A stretch of DNA of 64,000 nucleotides, from positions 8,134-72,133 of the forward strand of contig CAWEQL010000008.1 of the NCBI GenBank assembly GCA_963811245.1, given 5' to 3'. The notes below the pieces were generated by a model. That model was not told where the DNA came from and made no database searches. It was given only the letters and a program-made list of their open reading frames with translations. The DNA is from an uncultured Acidimicrobiaceae bacterium. Lineage in GTDB: Bacteria > Actinomycetota > Acidimicrobiia > Acidimicrobiales > Salinilacustritrichaceae. The first letter of the stretch is position 1; each line of letters opens with the position of its first letter. Positions 61,847-64,000 of this stretch are shown here, piece by piece. The position numbers and the translations under genes are program-made.

Positions 61847-63850
61847 GTGACCGACAATGTGGCCATGACCGGCGAGACCCCCACGCACCGAGCCCCGGCC
61901 ACCAGGGACCGACCCTGGCTGATGCGGACCTACTCCGGCCACTCCACTGCCAAGGCCTCCAACGAGCTGTACCGGACCAACCTGGCCAAGGGCCAGACCG
62001 GGCTCTCGATCGCCTTCGACCTCCCGACCCAGACCGGCTACGACCCCGATCACGTGCTGGCTCGCGGCGAGGTCGGCAAGGTCGGCGTCCCGGTCGTCCA
62101 CCTCGGTCACATGCAGGAGCTGCTCGACGGCATCCCGCAGGGTGAGATGAACACGTCGATGACGATCAACGCGCCGGCGGCGTGGATGCTCGGGCTGTAC
62201 GTGGCGAACGCCGAGAACCACGGTGTGGAGTCGAAGGCGCTCCGGGGCACCACCCAGAACGACATCGTGAAGGAGTACCTGAGCCGGGGCACGTACATCT
62301 TCCCCCCGCTGCCGAGCCGCCGGCTCATCGTCGACATGATCGCGTTCTGCGCCGAGTGGATCCCGAAGTGGAACCCCATGAACGTGTGCAGCTACCACCT
62401 GCAGGAGGCGGGAGCGACGCCGGTCCAGGAGATCGCCTACAGCCTCGCCAATGCCATCGGTGTGCTCGACGCGGTGAAGGAGTCCGGCCAGGTCGCCGAG
62501 GACCGGTTCCCGCAGGTGTTCGGCTCCATCAGCTTCTTCGTCAACGCCGGCATCCGGTTCGTCGAGGAGACGGCGAAGATGCGGGCGTTCGGGCAACTGT
62601 GGGAGCGCATCGGTCGTGAGCGTTACGGCGTCACCGACGACCGCGCCCTCCGCTTCCGGTATGGCGTGCAGGTGAACAGCCTGGGCCTCACCGAGCAGCA
62701 GGCCGAGAACAACGTCCAGCGCATCGTGCTCGAGGCCCTCGGCGTCACCCTCTCCAAGAGTGCCCGGGCCCGCTCGATCCAGTTGCCGGCGTGGAACGAG
62801 GCCCTCGGCCTGCCCCGCCCATGGGACCAGCAGTGGTCGCTGCGGATCCAGCAGGTCCTGGCCTACGAGACCGACCTGCTCGAGTACGACGACATCTTCG
62901 ACGGCTCGCACGTGATGGAGCGGCTGACCGACGAGCTGGCCGAGGCGTCGTGGACCGAGATGTCCGAGATCCTCGACCTCGGCGGGGCGTTCGAGGCCAT
63001 CGACGAGATGAAGGGCCGCCTGGTGCGCAGCCATGCCGAGCGCATGCGCCGGATCGAGTCCGGCGAGCAGCAGGTGGTCGGGGTCAACACCTTGACCGAG
63101 ACGGCCGAGTCGCCGCTCGGTGGTGAGGACTCGATCCTCAAGGTCGACCCGGCGGTGCAGGAGGAGCTGATCGCCGACGTGCAGCGGTGGCGGTCCGAGC
63201 GTGACTCCGATGCCGTCAAGCGAAGCCTCGACGAGCTGCGCCGGGTGGCCGAACGCAGCGACACCAGTGCGGCGGGCAACATCATGCCGGCCACCATCGA
63301 CCTCGCCCACGCCGGCGGGACCACGGGCGAGTGGGCCGGCCTGCTGCGGGAGGTCTTCGGCGAGTACCGGGCTCCCACCGGCGTGGCCGCGGCGTCGGGC
63401 TTCGGGCCCACCAGCGACGGCCTGCGCGGCGTCGCCGAGCGCGTCAAGGCGCGACCGGCCGGTCCGCCCCGCCTCCTCGTCGCCAAGCCCGGCCTCGACG
63501 GCCACTCCAACGGGGCCGAGCAGATCGCGGTGGCCGCTCGCGACGCCGGCTTCGAGGTCATCTACCAGGGGATCCGGTTGACCCCGGAACAGATCGCCTC
63601 CGTCGCCGCCGACGAGGACGTCGATGCGGTCGGCCTCTCGATCCTGTCCGGGAGCCACATGCAGCTCGTCCCCGACACCGTCCGCCTGCTGCGCGACAAG
63701 GGCGTCGACGCACCGGTCGTGGCCGGCGGGATCATCCCCGAGGACGACCGGCCCGCCCTGCTCGCCGCCGGCGTGGCGGCCGTCTACACACCCAAGGACT
63801 TCGATCTGACGAAGATCATGGGCGAGATCCTCGACCTGGTCGGGGACTGA
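61847..63850 (+). CDS. meaA: B12-dependent ethylmalonyl-CoA mutase (MeaA)
   Basis: PWLMRTYSGHS, GQTGLSIAFDLPTQ, RFRYGVQVNSLGL, KPGLDGHSNG. Confidence 0.92.
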   Translation: MTDNVAMTGETPTHRAPATRDRPWLMRTYSGHSTAKASNELYRTNLAKGQTGLSIAFDLPTQTGYDPDHVLARGEVGKVGVPVVHLGHMQELLDGIPQGEMNTSMTINAPAAWMLGLYVANAENHGVESKALRGTTQNDIVKEYLSRGTYIFPPLPSRRLIVDMIAFCAEWIPKWNPMNVCSYHLQEAGATPVQEIAYSLANAIGVLDAVKESGQVAEDRFPQVFGSISFFVNAGIRFVEETAKMRAFGQLWERIGRERYGVTDDRALRFRYGVQVNSLGLTEQQAENNVQRIVLEALGVTLSKSARARSIQLPAWNEALGLPRPWDQQWSLRIQQVLAYETDLLEYDDIFDGSHVMERLTDELAEASWTEMSEILDLGGAFEAIDEMKGRLVRSHAERMRRIESGEQQVVGVNTLTETAESPLGGEDSILKVDPAVQEELIADVQRWRSERDSDAVKRSLDELRRVAERSDTSAAGNIMPATIDLAHAGGTTGEWAGLLREVFGEYRAPTGVAAASGFGPTSDGLRGVAERVKARPAGPPRLLVAKPGLDGHSNGAEQIAVAARDAGFEVIYQGIRLTPEQIASVAADEDVDAVGLSILSGSHMQLVPDTVRLLRDKGVDAPVVAGGIIPEDDRPALLAAGVAAVYTPKDFDLTKIMGEILDLVGD

Positions 63851-64000
63851 GGCCCGACGTTGGGGGCCCGCCGTCGTGTGCTGTTGGTCGCGGCGGCGAC
63901 GGCCCTGGCCGGTCTGGTCGCGGTCGTCCAGGGCGGCCGCTGGACGGCGGCGCTGGCCGGGCTCGGCGCGGTCGTTGTGGCCGTCCTGGCCGCGGTGCCG

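Overview
A 64 kb high-GC window from an actinobacterium. Gene content (BldD-like regulator, conservon, meaA, F420-dependent PPOX, GTTCTGGC...GCCAGAAC repeats) suggests Acidimicrobiia, by inference only. Scattered single-base frameshifts, including one in aspartate kinase, point to long-read indel errors. (1) 556-826: an attP-like junction, with the 3' half of tRNA-Pro(CGG) flanked on both sides by 11-bp-periodic CAGACCACA repeats and no integrase in the window. (2) About 1.1-9.6 kb, the best candidate for a new system: a compact redox/nitrosative-stress module. It contains an E. coli-type sufBCD-sufT without sufS, two group III truncated hemoglobins (one fused to a YeaR/DUF1971 cupin), an NnrS-like membrane protein, a degenerate hemerythrin, small proteins and a 3-Cys SufR/ArnR-like regulator. 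All three of its promoter regions carry the palindrome TCTAG-N6-CTAGA. (3) About 9.7-30 kb: accessory detox/resistance genes (APH-like kinase, arr, GT1, VOC, SRPBCC, MMPL, MFS, SigG-like ECF), gene remnants, and two SARP/BTAD-ATPase regulators each flanked by its own candidate binding motif. (4) About 30-64 kb: core-like genes, including phosphoesterases, signalling proteins, a conservon, paired SurE lipoproteins, ask-asd, a BldD-like regulator, aat, copA/copZ/csoR and meaA, plus an IS481 inserted in a REP-like palindrome. Family assignments come from recognising motifs by eye, not from database searches.
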